NCBI GenBank assembly: GCA_030704615.1
Contig: CM060732.1
Location: forward strand, 38,192,001-38,256,000
Source: Takakia lepidozioides
Taxonomy: Eukaryota > Plantae > Bryophyta
Reading direction: 5' to 3'
DNA length: 64,000 nucleotides
Positions 11,346 to 25,500 of the stretch are shown here, in pieces. How positions within the stretch are numbered: position 1 is the first letter of the stretch; every line of letters begins with the position of its first letter. A program made the translations under genes and the position numbers. Below the pieces are notes generated by a model. That model did no database searches, was not told the DNA's origin, and was given only the letters and a program-made list of their open reading frames with translations.

Positions 11346-13139
11346 AACACTTGCCTTATTTTTCCTTTGGTTTTGGAGATACTCCCAACTCCCGACCAGA
11401 ACTTTCATCTGTTTTTGCCCGGCCAAGGAATTTGTGAATATGTTTACGGTGCGTCTCTTCAAAATTAGGTCAGGTTTTCATGTTGGCAAACGGCCCGTCC
11501 ATTGGGCTTTCCGCTGCTCTCTCGGGAATGGCAACGAGCAGCATGCCCTCAACAGGGGACGCTTACTTACCACACTGCGGGACCCAAGGACCCGGCGCAG
11601 CTCAGGTCATTGAACTCCAGCTTCTAGAGATTGGCCTACTCTGCTATCCTCCTCTCCAGAGCAACCAACAGTACACCAACTTGAATGCTCTGATGAGCTT
11701 TCAGTACTGTCCCACTTTCATAATATAAAAGACATCCAACCTGCACAACCACTATCTTTGGCAGCTATTTACAGGATACAGTCGCCTTATTATGGATGGT
11801 AACAGCTCACTTGCTTGAGATATGTAAAGAGGAGAACAATACGTGGGTCCCATACGAGATTAAATGATCATGTCCCATTCTCTTGGAAACATCCACATGG
11901 AAGCGATATAGTAATCCGTGAACCTGATCCAGCCTGTGGACGCATCACAAGTGGGCCCAAGTCCATCTTGTCAACAGAACCCGTAACCATCGTCATTGTC
12001 TTCTCCTGTAATGTGTACAATTGAGTTGATTAAATCTTGGAACTATGACCCCACATCAATCTATAATAAGCGCCATGCAGCTCATTTCCTAGTTGGAAGT
12101 TCGTTGTCAGTCCACTTGCATCTCATTACTACCTACAACCGATTCTTCTCTTCAAGAGCTTTTGCCTAATAATCTCGAGATTTCTCTATCGACTCGCTCG
12201 TTCGGAGAAGCGAAACTCCCACCAGATGGTCCAACTTCAACTCAGCCAGAACTTCTTTTTCCACGGATCCTGTTGAGGGTTTCTCCTACAATTTGTTCGC
12301 CCTTTCTTTACGTTTTTCTCTGGTTGTCCAAAGTCCACAACAGTGTGGGCTTTGGATAAAGCGGGCTTGTCTCTTGTGAAGCACATTCATTGTCTATGAC
12401 CAACTCCTTCATCACTCCATCATGACTCCATTATTACTGCACAGCAAGTGTCTCAGAGCATCTTCAGTCTCTTTTGCAAGTCTGCATCACAAATTCTCGA
12501 ACATCAAACACGCCGCTGCCTGCTGTCCCCGCCGTGACGACTGACGACGGCCCTTCATTCATCTATTCGCACAGTTCATTCATCTTCTCTTTCATTCATC
12601 CAATAACTGTCCGGGAATCGGGGCCGGTAAACGAAAACTCCAAAAGAGTAGCTGCCACGTTTCCCGGAGGGAGACCACGTTCAAAACGTGACCCTTCCTA
12701 CCGGACACAGCCGGTCACCAGCGACCTGGACGGATTCAGCTAGTAACTCCCGTTAGTGGGTTCAGTTTCTGTTGGTGTATACCGTTAGTAGCTTGTCTCT
12801 ACAGAATGTATTAATAACTCTACAAAATATTTGATAAATGCGGAGGCAAACAGGAATTACTTACTATTAAATAAATAAATAAATATTAATATTATTAAAG
12901 ACCGAATCTCGGTGAAGTCGAGGGCCCGTTAATGGACACGAAAATAGTCTCCTCCGTATAGTACAGGTACTTGAGGCGTACAAGTACGAATGCTCAAATA
13001 TATACATATACGGGTACGCTGTCTCGTCCACTTCTCGCCGACGCGTCTCTGATCTATCTGTGTGAGTGTACGCAGCGGCAACGTTCACGGCGACAGGTTT
13101 CTACGGCTCCTCGGAGGTTAGTGCCTCCATGGATCCTCC

Positions 13140-13300
13140 CCTTGTTCTTGCTATCTGTCTCTCTTTACACACATAATCTGTCTCTCTGTCCCTCTCTCCT
13201 CCGTGCTCTGACGAAACGTTGTTGAGTTTTTCTGAGTCGTTTGAGTTTGAAGGGAGATTTTCCACGATTTTCTGATTGAGCTGAGCTCCTGGCACACGGA
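13140..13300 (+). promoter_or_regulatory. CT-rich putative 5' leader / core promoter of the MEB-like gene
   Basis: Pyrimidine (TC)n-rich tract (TCTGTCTCTCT...TCTCTCTGTCCCTCTCTCCT) in a CpG-retaining region just upstream of the first coding-like exon. Confidence 0.3.
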
Positions 13301-13501
13301 GAACCCCCATTGCCTTACCTGCCATACAAACTGAGGTGGGTTTCCCCAAAAAATCCCAAGTCCTTGATTATCCCAAAGACAGCGCTTGTGGGAGACCATA
13401 AATCAAGTCCTCTCGAATGTCTGTATATAATGAATGTCCTCTAGCCTGCCACTCGCTGCTCCTGCTTTGGACCTTGAAAGACCCTTATTTATTCTGAACA
13501 G

Positions 13502-16500
13502 TCTCGAAACTGCAACGAGATTATGGTGGAGACCGAGAAGACCCACCGCGTTCTCCCAATACATTGGGCACTGTGAGCTATGTCGACGAGGCGGGTGTCC
13601 TTTCGGCGGAGGAGGGCGAGTGTCGCCGTAGCTATCCAGTCGGCTAGTTTACACAGAAGCGAAAATGAGAGACGTATCGTGCCGACAGACAACCATTTTT
13701 TAGGCCAGATTCCCGAGTCACTGTTCAAAACAGTGGCCAAAATGTGATCTCCGGAGGGGAACAAGGAACTCAGGCTAGTGATGCTTGAGGAACCATCGGA
13801 TTCCGACTTGGAGTCAACGCAAACTTTGGAGAGGCTCTTCAACTAGTCGACGAACTTTCAGGCGGTGCTTCAAACACTCGCCTTTCTGAGCTCAACATTT
13901 CTTGGCACCCGGTCATCACCTTACCTGAGGCGGATACTGCCCCTGAGAGCATAGAAAACAAGTCCGATCCCAGTACTATGTCCGATGGAGGGAGAGAACC
14001 TGCTCTCGTCTCTAGCAGCTCGGAATCGTCGGTTCCTCCTCCAGCGCTCAGCCATGAGGAGAGAAGAGCCCCGAAAGTAGAGCAAAATTGGAGTCGGACG
14101 GCAGAGCAGCTACTTGCTGAATGTGATTCGAGTACGACGTCTTCTAGTGGTGATTCGAGTACGACATCGACTAGTGTTGATTCGGACACAACGTCGTCTA
14201 GTGTTAAATCAGGCCAAAATCAAGTGGCAGACACGAGTAGAAGATCGCAGAAGCACTTGCCATCGAAATGTGATTCGAGTACAACATCCTCTTGTGTTAA
14301 ATCAGACAAAGTGGCAGAGACGAGCAGAAGATCACAGCAGTTGCCATCGAAATGTGATTCGAGTACGACATCCTCTAGTGTTAAATCAGGTCGAAATCAA
14401 GCGGGACAGACGAGTGGAAGTTCCAGCCAGAGTTTGGCTTCAAGAATGGATGGTAATGGAGCGGAGTCGTCTCCTTCCCGACACCGGACCCGAGCTTCCT
14501 TGAAACCCAAATCGGAGAGAAGTGTGGAGTTTGATGAGTCACGAGGTATGGGCTCAGTGTGTTTTGAGCTACGCTCTTTGGAGTTCTTTCCCCAGCTTCA
14601 CGTCTTCAAACGATTAAACTTCTTGAAAGAAAAATTCTCAACCCCAAGGGAGGCTGGGTTGTATCTTAGCTCCTATGTAGATCTATACCAAGCTGAGGTT
14701 TCAGCTTGAAGCGCTTCAGCCGAGGTTAGCCTATGTGTGGGGCCGTCTCAATTTTTGAGCTAAGGCTCCTAGTCTTTGACGTGTGTCAAAGTAGAGCAGC
14801 GACTTCAACTTGATGAAGGGGACATTAGGTGAAGTGGTCTCCAGATGTTCTTTAAAGGGAGACTCCATGCCGTTCATAGAGATATGCTAAATCTCAGGGG
14901 GGGTTTATCTTCCAGGTTGATGGAAACTCTCTTAGAAGTTGCATTTAGTCTCATCTACCCAGACACCTGGGTCTCTGTCTCCTTATGTCCCATGGGCCCT
15001 GAGCGTCCCTATGGAGGTTATGAAGGTTCCTCAACTGTTTTCTATTTTTTACCCAAACTCCCTTAAATGGGAAATCTCTATCTCGTAAACTCTCACACTC
15101 TCACAAGCACTTCTTGCTTTTTCCTGTCTTTTGTGTTATTATCGTCCATCCACTTTCTCTCTACATGCTTACTTTTTGTTCTTTTGTTGTTCTATTGTCT
15201 TCCAGCGGTCGCTGGACCTACTGTGGACCTGGGAAATTTCTTTCTTTCGGGCTTTCCGTTGACATTTTAAAATACCATTTCATTTCATTCATCTCAGGCG
15301 CATGGAAATGCCGGCGCTGTGGCTGGTGCTACCCAAATGATCAACATAGCTCAAGACACAGGCGAGAGCACAGAAAACATTGTGTGGAGATTCAGAATGT
15401 GCATCTATGGCTTGGTGAGGATGCACTGGATTCCCCAGATTCCGAAGCAGCAAGCCCAGGAGGTAAGTATTTGAAAGGATTCCAAGCTGTCAGACGAGAA
15501 TGATTCAAGTTTCAACTGGGCAAAGTATGATGCCAAAGTAACAACAACACTAGAGAGTAATTTTTGCAGTATTGGGATCTCTCTGTGTAGTTCATCCTCC
15601 TTGGACTTCTGGGACTCCCTTGGATGGAATAAATGTTGTTTTCTTCTCTCACTCCAGGGCATGGAATAATTATCTGTCTCCTGCATTGCACCCCCCACCC
15701 CCCGGGAGGTCCCTTTATACCTATATCCAGCTCCTGCAGATGTTTTCCCTGCCTGAAGGATCATCAGGGGACAATTGTTAAATTTCGATGCGTGTTTATC
15801 TTTGTGTCCCTCACGCGCTCTTGATATTACTACCTCGTTCCCCTCCCTCTGACACATACAAATCAGTGTCTCTAGGTGATGAGGGGCTCAGATAGAGTTC
15901 CTGATGTCCAAGAGAGATGATTGTTACAATGATTCTAGGTGAGGAGGAGCTGTTCGACCACCTTGCTGGTGTCAAAGAGACTCCAACATCTATGGTCGAC
16001 CTTGACTGTTCAGTGGGGAACCAGCTGGTAAAACGCAGCCTAGTGTGGGATGGTCCCAGTAATGTGTCACCTGCCATGGATGACCAACTAGGAATTCCAA
16101 TGCACTCAGGGACGTATGAGCATCAGGAGAAAGAAGAGATTGGTCCTCGCAGTCCCAATCAAGAAGGTGAACGTGGGGAAGCTGACATACCCTCCCTGAT
16201 AGAGTCGCTTATGAATGAGACAGGTGAATGTCAGTCTGTTACTTGTAGTAAAGTACTTTTAAGAGCTATGATAGCTGATCTGTTGGCCGATTAAAAAGAC
16301 AGTTGGTGGTTGGTTGTTCCTTGGGGTAGCATGCCTTTATGTCCTCTTGCATGTTGTCAAGGCCATTTTGAGATGCTGTGGCAAAATTGAACTCCTTGAC
16401 ACTCTGTACAGCCTTGGAAAATTTCCACTTCATCATTGGTTACAGCTCTTTTTGCTCAACGTGCCACAGTTGATGGTTAGGAGATGCCATCTTCTGTTGT

Positions 16501-19500
16501 GATTTCTTAGAGAGAGAAAGATGGCCCAGAAACAGGGCCAGTGACATGTACAGCCTTGGAAAATTTCCACTTCATCATTGGTTACAGCTCTTTTTGCTCA
16601 ACGTGCCACAGTTGATGGTTAGGAGATGCCATCTTCTGTTATGATTTCTTAGAGAGAGAAAGAAGGCCCAGAAACAGGGCCAGTGACATGTGCAGGTGAA
16701 GCAGGTATGCTGATCCAAGATGCTAATGCAGATGACTGGACAGTGACTCTTGCAGAAAGAGAAGTGCAAATTCTGGATGGAAGAGGAAAGGGTTTCAGCA
16801 CCAATATACGCGTTGGGCTGTAGTGAGGGGGTCAGTTTATGGAGGGTCATGGCTATATAATCTTTTATGTAGGTAATGGGGAAGGGTTTTTATCGTCCCT
16901 TGGGGACTTACATGATCCGTGCTGCTGTGTCTGAAGGAAATGGAGAATATGGTGGTCCATTGGCATGCAAAGATCAGGCTGAGACACAGAGTGATGTGGA
17001 TTTTGGAAGAGAGAGGCAGTCATATGAGGGAAAGTATCACGATGATCTGCCTGAGAGTAAAGGCCATGAGGCTGTTCCTAAAAGAGAGAAAGAGACCCAT
17101 GAGGATGGAGGAGACGAGGAGTGTGGTATGGCCACCTACGAGACTTCAGGGACACCGGAGGAGACCATAGATGCAGACAGATGTGCTGGTGATGGCCATG
17201 AGGCTGGAGGGACACCTCAAATAGAGAAAGAGACCCATGAGGATGGAGGAGACGAGGAGTGTGGTATGACCTACGAGACAACAGGGATTCCTGAGGAGAC
17301 CAGAGATGAAGAGAGATGTGCTGGTGATGGCCATGGGAATAGGTTTGAAGAAAATAATGATGGGGTTCAAATTGCCGAGCAAGAAACAGAGGGTGAAATT
17401 CATAGAGGCAATAATCTGTCTACTGGTCAGGAGGAAGGTACTGGGACTGTTTTACTGGGAAATGAGGCACATGAAAGGAGTGGAATGTACATTGAGAAGT
17501 ATAAGGTTGTAAGGGCCATAGGAGACGACAGAGGGGATCATGATGATAAAGTAGAGGGAGAGATGCAGGAGAAAAATACAAGTATGGAGTTTACAAAGGG
17601 GAAGAAACAGGAGGTGGAGGTGCTCACAGAGGAAAAGAAGCACACTCAAAATCTGCCAGGGAAGGAAGTTGATAACTTTCCTGAGGATACAATGGTAAGG
17701 GAAAACCAGACAGAGGAGTGGGAGAATGAGGAGAAGATTGGAATGGACGAACGATCAGAAGATGGCAGGAAGAAAGAGGTCAAAACGGATGTCAGAGTCT
17801 TAAAGCATGATACCCAAACAGGATCCTCAAGTGTATACACAATTTCTTCCACAGTTGAAACATACACAGGTAGTGTTGTGCTCAGGAAGCAAGATGGATT
17901 TGTCCCACACACGGTAGGAAGCAGTATGCAGCAGACCCCCTTTTTGAGAAAGAAAATTGAGTACGCTGGTGGACTCCCCAAAGTTCAACTTGAAATTGTT
18001 CAAGACTTCTCCAGGGCTCAGGGTGGGGAGAATGAGTTCCAAGCTTGGGACACGAGGGGAAGTCAAACAGAGGCCAATGAGGCCAGTACATCTACATTAA
18101 CAGAGTTTCCCGGAGAGTCTGAGGTAGATAGAGTTTTGCGGCTGCAAACAACCCATGATTTACTGTGCCCAGTCTGTGGTTCATGCATTACGAAGCGAGT
18201 CATTCTTCGAAAGAGGAAGAGGACAACTGTGTTACCTGAGGAGGAGTTGGAGGAGGCGGGTACACCTGAGATTCCTGAGGAGCTAGATCAACCTCCAGTT
18301 GAAGAATGGGGTTGTTTGGCATGCTTAATTCTTTTCTTCCGTAGAGGTCACTTTCCTTCCCCTATATTTTTTTTGTTCATGTGTTTTGAAATGGGGGCAT
18401 TCTTTTACAAAGCTAGAGGGGAATGAGATGTAGTCATTAGAACTGGACTGCGGTAGACTTGCACCTTGTTTGTATGGGTTAGCAGGATATGCACATGGCA
18501 TATATTCTAGCAGCACCTAATGTATGGACTGGTTTGGACACCAGTGAGGGGCGTGTGGCACACTCCATCAACTGTTGAATTTGAGGAACCTTCATATTCG
18601 ATTCCTCGTCCACTGGAGGAGGTTCAGACTGCAGAGACTCCTGGGACACCAAGTCTGCAAGAAAGTCCTGATGCAAAAGCTGACTACAATTGCCTCCCTG
18701 TCTTGTTTCCACGGTTTCCCTGGGGACAAGCAGAACCTATGAAAGCTGAGTCAGGTGATCCAGTCAGAGTTGTTGAATTTGAGGGACCTTCACCTTGGAT
18801 TCTTCGTCCGCTGGAGGAGGTTCAGGCTGCAGAGACCCTTGGGACACCAAGTCTGCAAGAAAGTCCTGATGCAAAAGCTGCGCGCACTCCAGTAGTTGAT
18901 CCAGTCAGAGCTGTTGAATTTGAGGGACCTTCAGCTTGGAGTCCTCGTCCACTGGAGGAGGCTCAGGCTGCAGAGACTCCTGGGACACCAAGTCTGCAAG
19001 AAAGTCCTGATGCAAAAGCTGACTACAATTGCCTCCCTGTCTTTTTCCACGGTTTCCCTGGGGACAAGCAGAACCTATGAAAGCTGAGTCAGGTGATCCA
19101 GTCAGAGTGTGAATTTGAGGGACCTTCACCTTGGATTCTTCGTCCGCTGGAGGAGGTTCAGGCTGCAGAGACCCTTGGGACACCAAGTCTGCAAGAAAGT
19201 CCTGATGCAAAAGCTGAGCGCACCCCATCAGTTGATCCAGTCAGAGCTGTTGAATTTGAGGGACCTTCAGCTTGGAGTCCTCGTCCACTGGAGGAGGTTC
19301 AGGCTGCAGAGACTCCTGGGACACCAAGTCTGCAAGAAAGTCCTGATGCAAAAGCTGACTACAATTGCCTCCCTGTCTTGTTTCCACGGTTTCCCTGGGG
19401 ACAAGCAGAACCTATGAAAGCTGAGTCAGGTGATCCAGTCAGAGTTGTTGAATTTGAGAGGGACTTCACTTGGATTCTTCGTCCGCTGGAGGAGGTTCAG

Positions 19501-22500
19501 GCTGCAGAGACCCTTGGGACACCAAGTCTGCAAGAAAGTCCTGATGCAAAAGCTGAGCGCACCCCATCAGTTGATCCAGTCAGAGCTGTTGAATTTGAGG
19601 GACCTTCAGCTTGGAGTCCTCGTCCACTGGAGGAGGTTCAGGCTGCAGAGACTCCTGGGACACCAAGTCTGCAAGAAAGTCCTGATGCAAAAGCTGACTA
19701 CAGTTGCCTCCCTGTCTTGTTTCCACGGTTCCCATGGGGACAAGCAGAACCTACGAAAGGTGAGTCAGGTGATCAATATCATTGTTTTGAGAGTGATAGT
19801 GAAATCATGCCCAGGTACAGCAACCTAGCTTGTTGACAGAACTTGGTAATCTATGAGGAGGCGGTGTTACGTTGCACTGGCTCCAGCATCAAACCATTGT
19901 TCTCAAGGTAGCTAGATCCAGTCGGCAAATAACCCAATGAGAGTTGAAATTGCTGAATTTTTCAATACAAGTTTTGGATCTTGGATGCTGTTTGGCTACT
20001 GACTGGTTTCTTGGCAGATCTTACAACACTTCCAAGTGAAAGTGAAGTGCCATTCGCAGAAGAGGTTCTGCAAGCTGAAGTCATTGAGTTGTCAGGTGAT
20101 ACTCCTGACAAAAATGACTGGACAAGCTGTTTCAGTTATTTTCCAGTTGTGTTTGGGGTTGTTCCTACACCAACACCGACACCAGTACCAGAGAGTGGGA
20201 ATCTTTCATTATTGCGTATGAGAAGAATAGAATCTGTGCTTTTCAACCCCAAAGTCTCCCTCATTCATTGGCAGTCAGCTACCGGTCATTTTGTCCCTTG
20301 TGGTATAATCATGGATTCATTTATATCATCCTTATTGTCGTGAAGCTTCTTCTTTCTTATCCTTGAGACAATGGATGTGAACCTCCTGAAATGGAAAGCT
20401 GCCAAGTCTGGCCAGCAAAGTGGGTGAAAAGGTGGCATACTGAGATTTCCATCTAGAATGGAGGGATGCCATCTCCTTATACTCAATGGTAACATCTGGT
20501 AGTGAAAAGATTATCATCTACATGAGTACATATGCGCTCTCTCACAAACATTATCCAAAGGGCTGTTGTAAGCATAATCAATTTCAGTAGGTTAATATCT
20601 TTCTTTCCCAACATGCACCGGGCCCAACCGCTGTATCAAAACTGAAGAACACTTTTACTGCCCTCTTTACTATGAGATCCCCTGGGAGATTCCACTGTCT
20701 GTTCCATGAAACCCAATCTCGGGTCAGAAATGCTTGGCTGCTTCTCTGCATGAAGCTTTGACCCTTAGGCAATCCATTAAGCAGTAGTTACTTTTGGCTG
20801 CTTCTAGCTTTCCTCTTGTCTTTTATTTTCTTCCTTGGGAGATACCACTGTCTATTCCGTGGAACCCAATCTCTCACTGAAGTCTTTCACTATGAAGATC
20901 AGAAATGCCTGGCAGCTTACCTGCACGAGGCACTCACCCTTAGACAATCACTCGAACAACAGTTCTTATCTCTGGCTCTGGTTTTCTGTTCCCTCTCTCA
21001 TGTTTTCTTTCCATTTTGTCCCATAAGCTCTATGAGCTTTCCGCGGACGTTATACAGCACCATTTCATCTCATTTCATTTCATTTTCTTGTTTCTTGTTT
21101 TCCTCGTCCCATAGACTCTTTGAGCTTTCTGCGGACGTTATAAATCACCGTTACATTGCATTTCATTTCTCTAGACCATGTTTAGATGCAGTCTCAATTG
21201 GTTCTTCTGCATCCCATCAATCTAGTTCCTGCCCAAAAAACAGTGTGTTGAGCCTCATCTGTGGACATTTCCAGGTAGTGAGGTGGCAGTGCTGGACGCT
21301 GATGGTCTTCACAAGCAAAAAGCAGGCATGGAGTTTCTTCCTATGTTACTTCCAGCATATCCTTGGGAACCAGCTGAAACAAGGCAAGACATTGATGTTC
21401 AGCGTCCGGTTGGTGTTGTTCCTGCCCCAGAAACAGCAGTTGAGCCTCATCTGCAAGATGACGAGGTAGTGCCGGATGTGTGATGTCAGACCCAAAAAGC
21501 AGGCCTGAACTGTCTTCCACTCTTACTTCCAGCATATCCTTGGGAACCAGCTACTGTACGGCACCCGGTCAATGTTGTTTCTGGTCAAGAAACAGAAGGT
21601 GAGCCTCATCTTCCTGATGACATGGTGGTAGTGCCGGATGCTGATGATCACATGCAAAAAGCAGGTCTAAACTGTCTTCCACTCTTACTTCCATCATATA
21701 CTAGATAACCAGCAGGGACAACTGTAAAGGAAGGTATGCTTGTGTGGACGTACCTGTACTAGTGATTGTGAGGCACAAGAATATGAGACGATATACTAAT
21801 GTCTTGGTTTATTGTTACAATCTACTTATATTGGTCAATCACAAGCTGAAATTCGCGACGGGTTGTAGGGGAAGTCATTCCTGCCCAAGGAAGCCTATTC
21901 TGGTGAAGCCAGATGCTATTGATATTCCACTCCCGCCTGTGAAGTTGTATGAATGGTGGTGAGCCTCTTCTGCTGACAATTCCGGAAGACGATGTGGTAG
22001 TGCCAGATGCTGATCACACCCAAGAAGCAGGCCTGAACTGTCTTCCACTCTTACTTCCAGCATATCCTTGGGAACAAGCTGGAAGAACTGTGCAGAAAGG
22101 TATGTTTATGTGTGGATGAATGGACTGTGAAGTTGTATGGGAATGGATGGACGATGTGGTAGTGCCAGATGCTGATCACACCCAAGAAGCAGGCCTGAAC
22201 TGTCTTCCACTCTTACTTCCAGCATATCCTTGGGAACAAGCTGGAAGAACTGTGCAGCAAGGTATGTTTATGTGTGGATGAATGGACTGTGAAAGTTGTA
22301 TGGGAATGGATGGTCCACTTTACCACTCTACCAGCTGCTCTATTCACACCTTGGAGTTCAGTAGTGATGGCAGGTCTGTTTGAGCTACTTTTGCCCCATT
22401 TCAAGTCTGCCATTGAACAATGAATGAGCTTTCAGGTCCAAACACGGAGATGAAGTCTGCACGAGAGACAGACTACAATTGCCTACCTCTCTTGTTATCT

Positions 22501-25500
22501 TGGCGACAGTCCCCTGTTACAGAAGATGCTGAACCAGTCAAAGGTATGCCGAAGAAACTTCCGCCCTCATGTCAAATCTTTCATGGGTCAGGTCATTAGT
22601 ACAGATAGAAGTCATCCTCCTCAACTGGTTCTTATGATCTTTCCATGTACAATTTTTTAAATTTTGCCCCCTTTTCTTTCCCTTCCTGCCTGACTGGTTC
22701 TGGCCCCAGTTTAAGAGCCTGGAGACACACAAGTTGTGGGTCTCCTTAGGTCATAGGGCTGGGCTCAAATAAAGATGATATCATGGTGAAGAGGTTATGG
22801 AAGCTGGAAGTACTTTCAACAATTTAAGCAGGTACTTCCAACTACTGAAATAAATGTTCTGCTTTCGTGGCCCTCAAGGCTATGGCAAGCACAGTCTGGC
22901 AAATATGCTGGAAAATGAGGACCTAAGTGGTTAACATTACCTGCATGTTGCACTACATCTAATAGTGCTGTTACCACTATGCTAGCCTATAAAATGATAG
23001 TCCCTCCTATGTTGAATAAGCCCCAGAAGGCACTCTCCGGCCGGCTGCTGGAACGTTGTCTTCTAAAGTGCCTCCAATCTCTTTGTGAATGCACAATCAT
23101 CAGATATCTTTACCAGCATTGCTCTGAACCCTGGGTGCTAGTCCTGAATCTGGTAGGTTTACTTAATACTATCTTGACAAAAGCATAGTAGTCCATGAAT
23201 TGAAATCATCCGACATCCAAGTGAGTCTGTATGTTGATTGGGTTCAATACTTGAGTTACAATGAACAACTCCCTGCCAAGGTGAGAAAGACACGAATTTT
23301 AGTATCTACTATGGACTCTAATGTTTACTGTCTAACTGGATGGATAGAAGTGTACCTGGTAATAGTGCTGATCAACATTGTTATACAAAACTAGCATTAC
23401 TCTCATGATTTGCTTGCAGAAAGAACTCATGCTATGAAGTAGCCATTTACATATGCTAAATGTGCAGGGAAACCAACAGACACAGACATGGAGAGTGTTC
23501 CCAGTGAGCCACCACTGCCCAAAAGGAGCCAAGAGACCTATGAAGTGGTCACCCAGGAAACTCAAGTAGATGTTTTGGCGAGTATCACAACCACCACCAA
23601 TACCGCAACATACATAACTTCTTCGGATCCAACCGCTAAGGGTCATCGAGAAATAGATTCAATCAAGGTCGACACATCTGTGACTTCCATTGGTGCCTCT
23701 GTCAAGCAGGATCAGGGTGCTGTGACTTCAATCATTTGTGCCTTCCTGTCAAGCAGGATCAGGGTGATGTTCAGGTCTCTATTCTGCTTGATGGCCCCAC
23801 GATAGTGCTTGACGGAAAGAGACACAATGAGGGTGCATCAAGCTCGCAGATGCACGATACAAACTTTACCAGTGGGCTTTCATCCGGCTCACAGTTGTCC
23901 ACTGGGAATTCTGCCATGGACCTTCCGCGAAAAGAAGAGATGAGCTTGACATATCAGGGGTATGCATTATTGGACGTGGATTCACCTCCTTTGTCAGGGT
24001 AGTGTTAAGTACTTGGTTTTCATAACCAAATTATCATCACATTGCTGGAATCTAAAAGTTCCATTTCATGTTTCATCATTTGTGGCAGATAATCATTCAA
24101 GGAACCTCTCCTGCAGAAAGAAGTGCCCCAACTAGTGGAATGTTTGTCAGGGTAGTGTTAAGTACTGTTTCTCATAACCAAATTATCATCACATTGCTGG
24201 AATCTAAAAGTTCCATTTCATGTTTCCATCATTTGTGGCAGATAATCATCTCAAGGAACCTCTCCTGCAGAAAGAAGTGCCCCAAACTAGTGTGAATGTG
24301 ACGAGGCTTACCAGGTAAAGCGAGAGCTCAGACGGATTGGGATTGGTCCCACCTTTGCAGATGAGTTGTGTTGCGGACGAAACCTGCAGCTGTCTTCTGA
24401 CCGGTTACAAATACTTCTGGAGACCTGAGCATGCAGGTCACATCTATATTTTCATTCCATTTCATGTATAAAAGACTTGTGTAGGTCCAGAAGACTTCGT
24501 ATATCCTGAAGTGCTTATGCGCTGCAAAAGTATGTCTCTTGATTGGGACAACAGAAAGCCAGCCATTATTTGCATGGGCACCAAGATGTGAAGAAAGTAA
24601 TGTAATGAAATGGATTGAAATGAAATGACACTTTATAACAGAGAGCTCAAAAATCGAGCTTATGTGATAAGAGAAAGCAGGAGACAATAACAGAGTGGAG
24701 CCCACAAGAGAAAAGAAGGAAAAGAGAGGGAAAGAAAGAAACTTTATAGCGGAGTAATAGAAGACCCTAAGGAGCAGCTCCAGGATTTTGACCAATGCTA
24801 ACTGGACCTTCTCTCTGTTGCAGAAGGTGATGTTCCTCCTTCAATACCTACCTATGTTTCGGTGGAAGACCTTCCCCCACCTCTACTTCGACCAAAGGAA
24901 GAAGACCCACCAAGTGAATATGAATCAGATGCAATCAGAGTGGATATTCCTGACAGTACCTCAACCTCAGCAACTCTCACCACAGTCGACACTAGAATTG
25001 AGCAACAGTGGGACCGATCCTGTTGTGGTATTGGACACAGTTGCTGAAGTTGCAGAGGAGCGTGGAATAATTCCCCCAACCCTCCTGAAGTCTGACATGC
25101 AGGAGTACTTGACATGTATAGTGTACGTGGAACTCGATGTTTCGCTGACAAGTCTGGGTGTTGTTGCTTCAGCCGCTGGAGGAGAGGCTAAAACACGTAA
25201 GATTTTCTGCTTGTTTGCATTATGTATTGGATAACTGTTGAGAGATGTAGATGGCAGGGAGAGGGAGGGTTTATTGTGAAGGGAGGAGGAAATTTTGGGG
25301 GTTGAAATTTGCTTGTTTGCTGGATCAAGAGTGTGAACAGCCAAAAGTCGGGGTGTGGGGCAGAATGGTGGACCAACAGAATTGAGTAGAAGATCATACA
25401 CTGTAATATTTAAATGCTGATTGCTGGCTGCATCTCTGGTGCAGGTACTGTGCTTGCGATGGGGCTGGCCAATTTGATTTTTGGAGCCATAACCTTCTTT

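Noticed and set aside
18574-19773. Regular repeat array as a possible CRISPR array
   Set aside because: The units are 141-198 bp, protein-coding and have no unique spacers; the context is eukaryotic and there are no cas genes.
20816-21469. 217-aa Phe/Ser-rich ORF
   Set aside because: It has a TTG start and runs through pyrimidine-rich intron sequence into an out-of-frame exon of the MEB-like gene.
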